Assembly (NCBI GenBank): GCA_965228895.1
Contig: OZ245842.1
Span: forward strand, 5,376,001 to 5,440,000
Reading direction: 5' to 3'
DNA: 64,000 bases
From: Alphaproteobacteria bacterium
GTDB taxonomy: Bacteria; Pseudomonadota; Alphaproteobacteria; SP197
The notes beneath the pieces were generated by a model. The model was given only the letters and a program-made list of their open reading frames with translations. It was not told where the DNA came from and ran no database searches. The position numbers and the translations under genes are program-made. Shown one piece after another: positions 9,108-18,949 of this stretch. The first letter of the stretch is position 1, and every line of letters begins with the position of its first letter.

Positions 9108-10304
9108 ATGGCTGACGAACTCTCGTTGATGCGGCGGTTCCCTGCCGGAGACAGCGAGCAGGTGACCATCGCGAACATGCAGGAGGGTCCCTTCAACCGC
9201 TGGGCGTTCCGCAACATGCGGCGTTTGCTGCCGACCGCCAATGTCTGGCGCGGCGATGGCCCGGTGACCGACCTGCCGGCGGCGCCGGCCCATCTCGACG
9301 ACATCGTCTTCGAAGACCGTGACGGCAAGGCGCAGACCATCAAACAGCACCTCGACGCCGGCTATACGGACGGGTTCGTCGTGCTGCACGAAGGCGCCAT
9401 GGTTGCCGAACGATACGGTGACGGCGTCCAAGCGCACGAACCCCATCTTCTGATGTCCGTCACCAAGTCGTTCGCCGGTTCACTCGCCGGCATCCTTGTC
9501 GAACGCGGCCTTGTGTCGCCCGACGATATCGTTACCGACATCATCCCGGAGGTCGCCGGTTCGGCCTATGACGGCGCCACGGTGCGCCACGTGCTCGATA
9601 TGACCGTGGGCATGGACTATGACGAGGACTACGACAATCCCGATAGCGACGTCGCGCTGTTGGATGTCGCGGCCGGTTGGCGCCCCGCGCGTGACGGCGC
9701 GCCCGACAACCTGCGCGACTACATCGCGACCATGCGCCCGGCCGGAAAGCACGGCGCCGCGTTCCACTATGTCTCGACCAACACGGACTTGCTCGGCTGG
9801 ATCCTGGAACGGGTTTCGGGCCACGATTTCGCGACCTTGCTGAGCCGAGAGATCTGGCAGCTCATGGGCGCAGAAGCCGATGCCTATATCACGCTCGATC
9901 GTCTGGGCGCGCCGCAGACCGATGGCGGGCTGTGCGTGACGACGCGCGATCTCGCGCGCTTCGGCCTGCTGCACTTGAGAAACGGTGTCTTGAACGGCAG
10001 ACGTATCGTGCCGGAATCGTGGATCCGCGACATCCGGGAAAACGGAGACGCCGCAGCCTGGGATCGCGGCAACTTCGCCGACATGATGCCGGGCTTTCAC
10101 TACCGCTCGAAATGGTACACCGATCTGAAGGACGATCACCGGCCCTATCAGGGCAGCGGCATCCACGGCCAGACATTGTTCATCGATCCTGCCGCCAGCG
10201 TCGTGATTGCCCGGCATTCCAGCCATCCGGCGCCGGTCGATGAGGCCTTTTTCGACGACATGTCGCGCGCCTTCAGGGCGATCGCCCGTGCCCTCGGCGA
10301 CTGA
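9108..10304 (+). CDS. Serine hydrolase, beta-lactamase class C fold, NylB-like (copy 1)
   Basis: MSVTKS (SxxK), FHYVSTNTD, RDLARFG, GIHGQ. Confidence 0.88.
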   Translation: MADELSLMRRFPAGDSEQVTIANMQEGPFNRWAFRNMRRLLPTANVWRGDGPVTDLPAAPAHLDDIVFEDRDGKAQTIKQHLDAGYTDGFVVLHEGAMVAERYGDGVQAHEPHLLMSVTKSFAGSLAGILVERGLVSPDDIVTDIIPEVAGSAYDGATVRHVLDMTVGMDYDEDYDNPDSDVALLDVAAGWRPARDGAPDNLRDYIATMRPAGKHGAAFHYVSTNTDLLGWILERVSGHDFATLLSREIWQLMGAEADAYITLDRLGAPQTDGGLCVTTRDLARFGLLHLRNGVLNGRRIVPESWIRDIRENGDAAAWDRGNFADMMPGFHYRSKWYTDLKDDHRPYQGSGIHGQTLFIDPAASVVIARHSSHPAPVDEAFFDDMSRAFRAIARALGD

Positions 10305-11469
10305 CCCGAGCGCGGTCACCGCGACAAACTTTCAGGACGCGCCGCACAGCGCCTGGGGTTTTCATCACGTGCGCGAGCGCCAGCCGACGGCCAAGGTTTG
10401 GCGTGGCGACGGTCCCGTTTGGGCATTGCCGGATGAGCCACGCGATATTGGCGCCATTGCCTACCAGACCGGTAATGGCGGCACGCGGACGGTCGCCGAC
10501 ATGGTGGACGACAGCCATCTCGACGGCTTTATCGTGCTGCATAGGGGCGCCGTCGTCGCCGAGGTTTACGGAAACGGCATGCGTCCGCAGGACACGCACA
10601 TCTTGATGTCGACGACCAAGTCGTTCACCGGTTCGCTGGCCGGCATCTTGGCCGAGCAGGGTGTGCTGGATACCGAGGCCCGTGTCACCGACGTGCTGCC
10701 GGACCTTGCGGGGACGGCCTATGGCGGTGCGACGGTGCGCCACCTGCTCGACATGCGGGTCGGGCTCGACTTCTCGGAAGACTACGACGATCCCGAATGC
10801 GATTTTGCCTATCTGGATGCCGCCAGCGGTTGGCGTCCGCCGATCAGGCCGGACGCGCCGGACAACCTCTTGGACTTCATGAGGATCATCCGCGCCAAAC
10901 CGCCGCACGGCGGCGCGTTTCACTACGTCTCCGCCAACTCGGTGGTGCTGGGCTGGGTGTTGGAGGCGGTCGCCGGCGAACCGTTCGCGGATCTTCTGTC
11001 GCGTCACATCTGGCAGCCGATGGGCGCCGAATTCGACGCCGATCTGGTGGTCGACCGCTGCGGCCGCTCGCAGACCGAAGGCGGCCTCAACGTCACGTTG
11101 CGCGACCTCGCGCGGTTTGGCGAGTTGCATCGTAGGGGCGGCATCGTCGACGGCCGCCGTGTCGTGCCGGAAGCCTGGATCAAGGACATGCACGAGAACG
11201 GCGACGCCGATGCCTGGGACAACGGTACGATGGCCGGCCCATTCCCTGGGCACCACTACCGGTCCCAGTGGTACACCAATCGCCAGCATCCCCATCGGCC
11301 GTTCTTCACGCTCGGCGCGTTTGGCCAGACGGTTTTTGTCGACCCGGCGGCCGAACTGGTTATGGCCAAGCTGAGCTGTTTTCCCGGCGGCGCTGGGGAA
11401 GACGCGTTGTGGGGTGACCTGATGGGCGCATTCTATGCGATCGGTGGGTCGCTGGCGGCAGAAACATAA
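10288..11469 (+). CDS. Serine hydrolase, NylB-like (copy 2)
   Basis: MSTTKS, FHYVSANS, RDLARFG, GAFGQ. Probable GTG start at 10288 overlapping copy 1; start uncertain. Confidence 0.85.
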   Translation: MPSATDPSAVTATNFQDAPHSAWGFHHVRERQPTAKVWRGDGPVWALPDEPRDIGAIAYQTGNGGTRTVADMVDDSHLDGFIVLHRGAVVAEVYGNGMRPQDTHILMSTTKSFTGSLAGILAEQGVLDTEARVTDVLPDLAGTAYGGATVRHLLDMRVGLDFSEDYDDPECDFAYLDAASGWRPPIRPDAPDNLLDFMRIIRAKPPHGGAFHYVSANSVVLGWVLEAVAGEPFADLLSRHIWQPMGAEFDADLVVDRCGRSQTEGGLNVTLRDLARFGELHRRGGIVDGRRVVPEAWIKDMHENGDADAWDNGTMAGPFPGHHYRSQWYTNRQHPHRPFFTLGAFGQTVFVDPAAELVMAKLSCFPGGAGEDALWGDLMGAFYAIGGSLAAET

Positions 11470-11481
11470 GAGGGTAGGACC

Positions 11482-12675
11482 ATGAGTGAACCGCGATTGA
11501 TGGCGGACTTTCCGCCAGCCGAAGCCGGCCAGGTGACCTTGGAAAACTGGCGCACGCCACCCTACAACCGTTGGGCGTTCCAGCACGTGCGGGAGCTGAT
11601 CCCGACCGCCAGTATCTGGCGTGGCGCAGGCGCGGTCTGGGAGCTGGACCGCCAGCCCGTCGACCTGATGGATGTCGCGTTCATCGACCACACGGGCGCG
11701 TCGTCGGATCTCAGGCGCTTCGTCGCGTCGACCCAGGTCGACGGTCTGCTCGTGCTTCATCGCGGCAACGTCGTCACCGAGCGTTACTTCGGCGGCTTTA
11801 CCGAACACCGTCCGCACATTCTGATGTCGGTCTCGAAGTCCCTGACGGCAACGCTGGCCGGTATGTTCGTGGCACGCGGTCTGCTTGATCCGGCCGAGCC
11901 GGTCATCGACTTCATGCCGGAGGTTCAGGGTTCGGCCTTCGAACACTGCACGCTGCAGCACATTCTGGACATGACCGTTGGCGCCGACTTCGACGAAGAC
12001 TACCTGGCCAATGCGGGCGCCATCACCGAATACCGCGAGGTCTCCGGCTGGAAACCGGTGACGCCCGAGACCGCCGATGGCGACCTCAGGAGCTGGCTGC
12101 CCAGCGTCAAGAGGAAAGGCGAGCACGGCGCGGCGTTCCACTATGTCTCGCCCTGTACCGACCTGCTCGGCTGGATTCTGGAGCGGGTCGGCGGTCGGCC
12201 ATTCCACGCCATGTTCTCCGACATGATCTGGCAGCCCATGGGGGCGGAGTTCGACGCCTATATCACGGTCGACCGGCTGGGTGGACAGCGCGTCGCCGGC
12301 GGCATCTGCGTTACCTTGCGCGACCTCGCGCGCTTCGGTCAGATGATGCTGGAAGGCGGTCATGGCAACGGACGCCAGATCGTGCCCAGTGCCTGGATCG
12401 ACGATACGGTGACCAACTTCGACCGCGCCGCGTGGGCCGCCGGCGAGTACGAGAAGAGCATGCCGTCCGGCGGTTACCGCAACAAATGGTGGATCATCGG
12501 TAATGACCACGGCGCTTATTCCGGCATCGGTGTCTTCGGCCAATGGCTTTACATCGATCCGAAGGCGTCGACGGTTATCGCTGTGTTTTCGTCCCAGCCG
12601 TTGCCAACCGACGACAACGTGTCGCTCGATTCCGTACGGTGTTTCGACGCGGTCGCCCGCGCACTTGGCGGATAA
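11482..12675 (+). CDS. Serine hydrolase, NylB-like (copy 3)
   Basis: MSVSKS, FHYVSPCTD, RDLARFG, GVFGQ. Confidence 0.88.
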   Translation: MSEPRLMADFPPAEAGQVTLENWRTPPYNRWAFQHVRELIPTASIWRGAGAVWELDRQPVDLMDVAFIDHTGASSDLRRFVASTQVDGLLVLHRGNVVTERYFGGFTEHRPHILMSVSKSLTATLAGMFVARGLLDPAEPVIDFMPEVQGSAFEHCTLQHILDMTVGADFDEDYLANAGAITEYREVSGWKPVTPETADGDLRSWLPSVKRKGEHGAAFHYVSPCTDLLGWILERVGGRPFHAMFSDMIWQPMGAEFDAYITVDRLGGQRVAGGICVTLRDLARFGQMMLEGGHGNGRQIVPSAWIDDTVTNFDRAAWAAGEYEKSMPSGGYRNKWWIIGNDHGAYSGIGVFGQWLYIDPKASTVIAVFSSQPLPTDDNVSLDSVRCFDAVARALGG

Positions 12676-12686
12676 GCTTACGCGCT

Positions 12687-13169
12687 ATGACAATTCGCGA
12701 ACTGACGATGGCGGATGCCGATTGGTTTCTGCCGCTCAACAACAACGCGGTACCCCATGTCAACGCGCTCGAGAGCGGCGACCTGGAAGCGATGCTCGCG
12801 GAGGCAGCGTTGGCTTGGGCGATTTTGGCCGGCGAGGAGCCTGCCGGCGGCCTGATCGCGTTTCGGCCGGGAACCGGCTACGACAGCGCTAACTATCTGT
12901 GGTTTAAAGATAAATTCGACGATTTCCTCTACATCGACCGGGTCATCGTTGATCCGCAAAAGCGCGGCCTGGGCCTCGGTAAGTCCTTCTATGAGGGTGC
13001 GCTTGAGGCCGCGCGCACCGCCGGCGTGATGCTGTGTTGCGAGGTCAACGAGCGGCCGCCCAATCCCGGCTCCATGCGCTTTCATGAGCGGTTCGGCTTT
13101 GAACCGGTCGGGCGACAGGAGACGGAAGGCGGCAAGAAGTCGGTCGTGCTGCTGACGGTTCAGCCCTAA
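12687..13169 (+). CDS. GNAT family acetyltransferase
   Basis: YIDRVIVDPQKRGLGLG (acetyl-CoA motif), NPGSMRFHERFGF. Confidence 0.88.
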   Translation: MTIRELTMADADWFLPLNNNAVPHVNALESGDLEAMLAEAALAWAILAGEEPAGGLIAFRPGTGYDSANYLWFKDKFDDFLYIDRVIVDPQKRGLGLGKSFYEGALEAARTAGVMLCCEVNERPPNPGSMRFHERFGFEPVGRQETEGGKKSVVLLTVQP

Positions 13170-13176
13170 CGAACAA

Positions 13177-13917
13177 TCAATCGTACCAGGGCGGCGGCGA
13201 CACGGTCGTCATATGTTCGGCTTCCCAATCCTCGGTCGGCGGCAGGGTCGCGGGGTCGTCGGCCTTCATGTGCTGATAGACATTCAAATGTCGGATCATT
13301 TCGTATTGGCGGCGCAGTTCGGCGACCGCCGTCGGATGGGCGTCGATCCTGACGTTGATCTCGGCCATGTCCGGATAGCCGTCATTGTCCCAGCCATAGA
13401 CGACCAGACCGGCAGACCGCTCGGTCATATGCTTGCCGTCGGCGCCTTGGCCGCCGGAATCGCGGCCCGCCTCAATGGCGATCATAAGACGTTCTTGCAG
13501 CGGTTGGTCCACTGAGTCCTCAAACGCGGCCGCAATCGCGTCGACCACTTCGGGCCCGACCAGGACGTTGCCCATGGCGACATAACCGTCGCCGGTCACG
13601 TGACCTTTCCAGTCGCTGCAGTCGTCGCCCGTATGGGCCGCGACCTCACCGGCCTTCGATACGATGGCGACTTGACGAAAGCCGAAACTCCCATCGTCAT
13701 CGGCCAGCCGCGCCATCGTCTCAGCCACACCCATGCCATCCGACAGGCAAGACGCGCCCAGCGCACCCAGTCGCCGGTTCGTATAGGCCTGACTGCATAC
13801 GATGTCGCCGTGGCGGCTGACCGTCGGGCAAATGGCGGCGACATTCAGCGAGACCGTGGCGATCGCCAAACCTGTCTGACCGGTTTTGGGACAGCGTCCC
13901 ATGATCGTATACGTCAT
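13177..13917 (-). CDS. DUF1028 (Ntn-hydrolase-like) protein
   Basis: N-terminal MTYTI..C..TG.TG.AIAT, SQA, RQVAIV, HTG, GNVL. Confidence 0.8.
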   Translation of the reverse strand: MTYTIMGRCPKTGQTGLAIATVSLNVAAICPTVSRHGDIVCSQAYTNRRLGALGASCLSDGMGVAETMARLADDDGSFGFRQVAIVSKAGEVAAHTGDDCSDWKGHVTGDGYVAMGNVLVGPEVVDAIAAAFEDSVDQPLQERLMIAIEAGRDSGGQGADGKHMTERSAGLVVYGWDNDGYPDMAEINVRIDAHPTAVAELRRQYEMIRHLNVYQHMKADDPATLPPTEDWEAEHMTTVSPPPWYD

Positions 13918-14058
13918 GTCGCATTCCTTGGTTAAGGTCGCGGCGGCAAACGAAATTTTTCGTCATCCGCGCAAGCCCCATGGCTTGTTTCCCGCGCGAA
14001 GCGCCCCAGTTTCAGGGGGCATCAACACCATACCGGCGTGTCCGGCAAGGAGGAACAC

Positions 14059-14655
14059 TTGGCCTTTGACCTTCCCGACCTTCCCTACGATCTCGACGCC
14101 CTCGACCCGTGGATGTCGAAGCGGACGTTGGAACTGCACCACGGCCGCCATCACGCCGGCTATGTCAAAAAGTTGAACGGTCTGGTCGAAGGGACGCCGT
14201 GGGAAGACAAGGATCTGGCCGAGATCGTTCGCGGCGCTTATGGCGACGACAGCAACAAAGGCCTGTTCAACAACGCGGCCCAGGACTGGAACCACAGCTT
14301 CTTCTGGAACAGCATGGCACCTGATGGCGGCGGTGATCCCTCGGGCGATCTTGCCGCGCGGCTGGCAAAAGACTTCGGTTCAGTCGACGACTTTCGCGGC
14401 GCCTTCAAACAGGCCGCGACGGGTCTCTTCGGCAGCGGCTGGACCTGGCTGGTCGACGATGGCGGCACGCTGAAGATCACGACCACATCCAATGCCGTTA
14501 CGCCGATCGTCGATCGCCATCGTCCTCTATTGACCCTGGATGTGTGGGAGCACGCCTATTACGTTGACTATCAGAACGACCGGGCGGGCTTTATCGACGC
14601 TTTTCTGGAGCATCTGGTCAATTGGTCGTTTGCCGCCGATAATCTGGGTTCGTAA
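14059..14655 (+). CDS. sodB: Fe/Mn superoxide dismutase, Fe-type signature
   Basis: HHGRHH, FNNAAQDWNH, DVWEHAYY; TTG start after AGGAGG. Confidence 0.93.
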   Translation: MAFDLPDLPYDLDALDPWMSKRTLELHHGRHHAGYVKKLNGLVEGTPWEDKDLAEIVRGAYGDDSNKGLFNNAAQDWNHSFFWNSMAPDGGGDPSGDLAARLAKDFGSVDDFRGAFKQAATGLFGSGWTWLVDDGGTLKITTTSNAVTPIVDRHRPLLTLDVWEHAYYVDYQNDRAGFIDAFLEHLVNWSFAADNLGS

Positions 14656-14679
14656 ATCGAAGCAGCGTGAGGCGGGCAA

Positions 14680-14865
14680 ATGGGTATTGAGTTCACCGGC
14701 ATCATCGGTCTGATCATTCTGATCGCCGACATCTGGGCGATTGTCAGCACCGTTTCCAGCCGGGCCTCGGTCGGCGCCAAGGTGCTGTGGATCATCTTGA
14801 TTCTGATCCTGCCGGTCATCGGTTTCATCGTCTGGCTGCTCGCCGGCCCACGCGCCAACCGTTAG
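14680..14865 (+). CDS. PLDc_N-type small two-helix membrane protein
   Basis: KVLWIILILILPVIGFIVWLLAG. Confidence 0.8.
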   Translation: MGIEFTGIIGLIILIADIWAIVSTVSSRASVGAKVLWIILILILPVIGFIVWLLAGPRANR

Positions 14866-14878
14866 CGGCTCGCTCTTT

Positions 14879-15913
14879 TTAGGCGCTCCGGCGCCTCAGG
14901 TGATGGGCGACGAAGAGCGCGAGCATCAGCACGATCATGGCGCCCGCTTGATGCAGCGCGCCCAGCCAGACCGGCACGAACATCAGTAGCGTCGCGATAC
15001 CCAGGCCGGCCTGAACCAACGCCGTCATCGCCAAGAGGCCAATCGCGCTGAGCGATCCCATGGACGCGCGGAAGCGGTGCGACCACAGCGCAAAGGCAAT
15101 CACGGCAATGACCGAGATGATCGCGAGCAGGCGATGGTTGAACTGGACGGCGGCGATGTTGTCGAACGGGTTCAGCCACCACGGCTCGTCAGCCCAGTAG
15201 GCTTCGGGGATGAGCTGGCCGTCCATCAAGGGGAAGGTGTTATAGGACCGCCCGGCGTCGAGCCCGGCGACGAAGGCGCCCGACAGCATGGTGAGACCGA
15301 TCAGCGCGATCAGCCACCAGGCTGTCTTGCGCAGCCGGTCGATGCCGGTTTCCGCGTGACCATAGACCGGCGCCATCACAAGTCTCAACGCCTGGGATAC
15401 GATGAGTGCGTAAATGATAACCGCCAGACCCAGATGCATGGCCAGGCGGTACTGGCTGACATAGGGCCGATCGACCAGACCGCTGGCCACCATGTACCAG
15501 CCGACCGCGCCCTGCAGCGCGCCGAGCAGAAAGATGAAACCCAGATTGACCGCGTGGCGGCGATCCAACCGGCCGCGCGCCAGGAACCAGACGAAGGGCA
15601 CAAAGAACGCCACGCCGATGATACGGCCCAACAGGCGGTGGGAATACTCAAACCAGAAGATCGTCTTGAAACCGTCGAGCGTCATGGCGAAGTTGATCTT
15701 CTGATACTCCGGCGTCGCCTGATACTTCGCGAACTCCGCCTGCCAGGATTCCAGGTTCAGCGGCGGCAACCAGCCGGTGACCGGGCGCCAGTCGGTCATG
15801 CTGAGACCTGACTCGGTCAGCCGCGTGACGCCGCCCAACACGACCATGGCAAAGATCAGGGCGGCAACGCCAAACAGCCAGGCAGCGACGGCTTTCTTGT
15901 CGCTTTCTGTCAT
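14879..15913 (-). CDS. ctaA: Heme A synthase, COX15/CtaA type
   Basis: GGVTRLTESGLS, EYSHRLLGR, GWYMVASGL, YRLAMHL, QFNHR, LHQ. Confidence 0.95.
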   Translation of the reverse strand: MTESDKKAVAAWLFGVAALIFAMVVLGGVTRLTESGLSMTDWRPVTGWLPPLNLESWQAEFAKYQATPEYQKINFAMTLDGFKTIFWFEYSHRLLGRIIGVAFFVPFVWFLARGRLDRRHAVNLGFIFLLGALQGAVGWYMVASGLVDRPYVSQYRLAMHLGLAVIIYALIVSQALRLVMAPVYGHAETGIDRLRKTAWWLIALIGLTMLSGAFVAGLDAGRSYNTFPLMDGQLIPEAYWADEPWWLNPFDNIAAVQFNHRLLAIISVIAVIAFALWSHRFRASMGSLSAIGLLAMTALVQAGLGIATLLMFVPVWLGALHQAGAMIVLMLALFVAHHLRRRSA

Positions 15914-17082
15914 ACGATGGCGGCCTCGCGAAACGGTTCGCCGTTCTTGACACGGGCACAGCCGAGACGGGTGAGATCCAGGCTGACATAACCGCCATCC
16001 AGGACCAGTTCGGCGATCGCGCGCCCGGCCGCCGGTGCCTGTTGCAGCCCGTGACCGGAAAAGCCACAGAGTACGTAGAGGTTGGCGGGACCGTCGGGCC
16101 ACGGTCCGATGATCATATTCTCGTCCAGCCGGTTGACGTCATAGAGGCCCGACCACGCGTTGATCACCTTCAGCGCCTCGAAGGGCGGACAGCGTTCGGC
16201 CATGGCGGGCCAGATCTCGGTCTCGAACCAGTCGTGGTCAACCTCGAAGTTCTCGCCGGTCGGTTCTGCCGGGTTGGCCTTGCCGCAGATGTAACCGCGT
16301 CCTTCGGGGCGGAAATAGAACCCGGTCATATCGATCAGCAGCGGCAGCGGTTCCAGTTCCTCGCGGATTTCGAAATAGAACACCATGCGGCGCACCGGAT
16401 CGACCGGCACATCGACACCGGCGGGCCGCAACAGGGCCGCCGACCAAGCGCCGGCCGAACACACGATGTGGTCGCCGTCGATTCTGCTGCCGTCTGCCAG
16501 CACGACACCTGTCGCGCGACCATCGGCGATCGCAATCGCTTCGACGTCGCCGGTGATGTGGCTGGCGCCCAAGATGCCCGCCTTTTTGCGGAAACCCTGC
16601 AGAATGGCATGGGGGTCCATCCAGCCGTCCTCCGGACCGAACGAGCCCAGGGCCACGTCGTCGACAAGGAGCGACGGAAAGCGCTGCCTAATGGCGTCGG
16701 GGGCCAAGAGTTCGTTCTTGGCGCCGAGTTCACGCTGCAGCTTGTTGACGGCAACCGCGGTCTCACGGCTTTGTTCGCCGATCAGAAAGAGATAGCCCTG
16801 CTGGCGCAGGCTGACGTCCGGTTTGTCGCCGTCGATTGCCATGTGGTCGCCGAACGCCTGATAGAACGCCAGGCCGTACTGCGACATCTCGACATTTTCG
16901 GCGATGGAGAACTGCTGGCGCACGCCGCCGGCCGAGCGCGGCGTCGACGCGTGGGTATAGGTGGGATCGCGTTCGATGACGGCGACCTTCAGGTCGGGCG
17001 CGCGCATCATCAGGTGCCAGGCGCTGCTGCATCCCATGACTCCGCCGCCGACAATGACCACGTCGAATCGATCGTCTGCCAT
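15910..17082 (-). CDS. FAD-dependent oxidoreductase, DAO/sarcosine oxidase beta family, FOXRED1-like
   Basis: VGGGVMG, ASTPRSAGGVRQQFS..EN, GFSGHGLQQAPA. Confidence 0.88.
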   Translation of the reverse strand: MADDRFDVVIVGGGVMGCSSAWHLMMRAPDLKVAVIERDPTYTHASTPRSAGGVRQQFSIAENVEMSQYGLAFYQAFGDHMAIDGDKPDVSLRQQGYLFLIGEQSRETAVAVNKLQRELGAKNELLAPDAIRQRFPSLLVDDVALGSFGPEDGWMDPHAILQGFRKKAGILGASHITGDVEAIAIADGRATGVVLADGSRIDGDHIVCSAGAWSAALLRPAGVDVPVDPVRRMVFYFEIREELEPLPLLIDMTGFYFRPEGRGYICGKANPAEPTGENFEVDHDWFETEIWPAMAERCPPFEALKVINAWSGLYDVNRLDENMIIGPWPDGPANLYVLCGFSGHGLQQAPAAGRAIAELVLDGGYVSLDLTRLGCARVKNGEPFREAAIV

Positions 17083-18467
17083 CAGCCGCTGATCTCGCCG
17101 AGCCGTTGTTCGATGAACTGGCGTTCCCGGCTGCCTTCATCCAATTGGTCGCGCAGCGTCGTCCATAAGGTAACGGCACGCTCCGTGTCGCCGGCCTGGG
17201 TCGCGGCGAGGCCGGAATAGTAGAGAGCCTGTTCATTCATCGGATTGATCGATAACACGGTCGCGAAGTCCTCGACAGCCTGCTCCGGCAGGGCGCCGTC
17301 CTGGGGCAGGCTGCCGGAAACCGTGTTGGCGAAACCGTCGGCGACCGTCGTGCTGTTCGGTGCCAGGTCGAGCGCCTGCAGATAGGCTTCGCGTGAGAGC
17401 TCCCACTCGCCGAGGATGGCGTAGGACTGCGCCAGCCGCATCCAGCCTTCAAGATCATCCGGTTCGTCCTGAAGGCGTGCGGCAAGACCGTCGACCATGT
17501 CGCGGATCATCGCCATCTGCTCATCCGCGGGTAGGCTGGTAATGGCGTCGACATCCTCCTGTGTGGGGCCGGAGGATTGGCCTTGCGCAAGCGCTTCGGC
17601 CGGATCGATTCCCAGTTCGGTCGCGGCGCGCGCAATTTGTTCGGTCACCATGGGCTCCCAGGGCGCGCCGGGCGGTGAGTCGGACAAGAGTGCCTGCCAA
17701 TCGGCCATGGCACCGGCGATATCGCCGTCCTGGGCGCGCGCCAACGCCAGATAGAAACGCGCCACCGGCTGGAAGGGATCGGCGGCGATCGCCGCGCGGA
17801 AGGCGTCAGCCGCTTCGTTGCTCACGGTGCCGCCTGAACCGAGAACAAGAAATTCGCCCAACAGCGACTGGCGTTCGGCGTTTTGAGGGTCCAGCGCGGC
17901 TGCCCGGCCCATAGCCTCAGCCGCTTGTCCGTATTGCTCCAGAAGCGCGTAGGCGCCGGCCAGTGTCGCCCAGTTCTCCGCATTCTCCGGCTCGTCAGCC
18001 AAGGTCTGCTCAAAACGCACGATCATGCGGCGGACATCGCCAAAGGTCGGGCCGCCGTCGAACACCGGCCGGTCATCGGCCCAGCGTTCGGCCATCGGCT
18101 GGTCAGGCATGCCGGGCGAGCCGTACCACCCGTAGAGTGCAACGGCGGCAAGCGGCACGACGACGACCAGCGCGACAGCGGTCAGGCGCGCGCCCTTGGT
18201 CGTCTTGGCGCCATCTGAGGTATCGGTCTCGGGTTTAAGAGTCAGAATTCGCCGCTCGATTTCCTGTCTTGCCGTGGCGGCCTCGCGATCATTCATCACG
18301 CCGCGCGCGACATCACGCTCAAGCTCGTCGAGCTGATCGCGATAGACCTCCAGGCTGTGGCGATCGCGGTTGCCCTCGGCAGGGGGCCGGCGCAACAACG
18401 GGACCAGCAACAGTGCCAGAACCGCGAGCGTGACCGCCGCCAGAACCAGGATGACAACCCACGACAT
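17082..18467 (-). CDS. ccmI: Cytochrome c biogenesis protein CcmI/CycH (TPR)
   Basis: VYRDQLDELERDVARG...EIERRIL, LY..YGSPGMPDQP, TPR repeats. Confidence 0.9.
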   Translation of the reverse strand: MSWVVILVLAAVTLAVLALLLVPLLRRPPAEGNRDRHSLEVYRDQLDELERDVARGVMNDREAATARQEIERRILTLKPETDTSDGAKTTKGARLTAVALVVVVPLAAVALYGWYGSPGMPDQPMAERWADDRPVFDGGPTFGDVRRMIVRFEQTLADEPENAENWATLAGAYALLEQYGQAAEAMGRAAALDPQNAERQSLLGEFLVLGSGGTVSNEAADAFRAAIAADPFQPVARFYLALARAQDGDIAGAMADWQALLSDSPPGAPWEPMVTEQIARAATELGIDPAEALAQGQSSGPTQEDVDAITSLPADEQMAMIRDMVDGLAARLQDEPDDLEGWMRLAQSYAILGEWELSREAYLQALDLAPNSTTVADGFANTVSGSLPQDGALPEQAVEDFATVLSINPMNEQALYYSGLAATQAGDTERAVTLWTTLRDQLDEGSRERQFIEQRLGEISG

Positions 18468-18469
18468 GG

Positions 18470-18949
18470 CTACTCGCTGTTGCGCATCAAAAGGTCGAGG
18501 CGGGCGCGCTCTTCATCGCTCAGCGGCGCCGGCGGTGGTTGTTTGGTCATCCGATGACGGCGGACGACCGAGACCAGCAGACCGATCGCGATCGCCAGGA
18601 CAATGAAGGGGCCCAGCCACAGCAGCCATGTCGCCGTACGGAAGGGCGGACGCAGCAGCACGTAGTCGCCATAGCGGTCGACGACATAGTCAATGACCTC
18701 GTCGTCGCTGTCGCCGGCCAGCAGGCGGTCGCGCACCAGGATACGCAGGTCGCGCGCCAGGGGGGCGTTCGAATCGTCGATCGACTGGTTCTGGCACACC
18801 AGACAGCGCAGTTCCAAGGTGATGGCGCGTGCGCGCTCTTCCAGCGCCGGGTCGTCCAGTATCTCATCCGGCTGCACGGCGCTGGCTGAGGGCGCCAGGA
18901 TCAAAACCATGGCAAAGGCCAGCAGGAGTTTTCGAAGCGAAACCGTCAT
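18470..18949 (-). CDS. ccmH: Cytochrome c biogenesis protein CcmH/CycL
   Basis: LRCLVCQNQSIDDS, RYGDYVLLRPP. Confidence 0.93.
   Translation of the reverse strand: MTVSLRKLLLAFAMVLILAPSASAVQPDEILDDPALEERARAITLELRCLVCQNQSIDDSNAPLARDLRILVRDRLLAGDSDDEVIDYVVDRYGDYVLLRPPFRTATWLLWLGPFIVLAIAIGLLVSVVRRHRMTKQPPPAPLSDEERARLDLLMRNSE

Noticed and set aside
10207-10304. Programmed frameshift fusing hydrolase copies 1 and 2
   Set aside because: An in-frame GTG at 10288 explains the overlap, and I see no convincing slippery site with a stimulatory structure.
10273-12543. 756-aa minus-strand ORF spanning two hydrolases (similarly 4263..5864, 26718..28439, 54955..56424, 63145..63993)
   Set aside because: Long antisense frames are expected from high-GC codon bias; they show no motifs and fully overlap well-supported genes.
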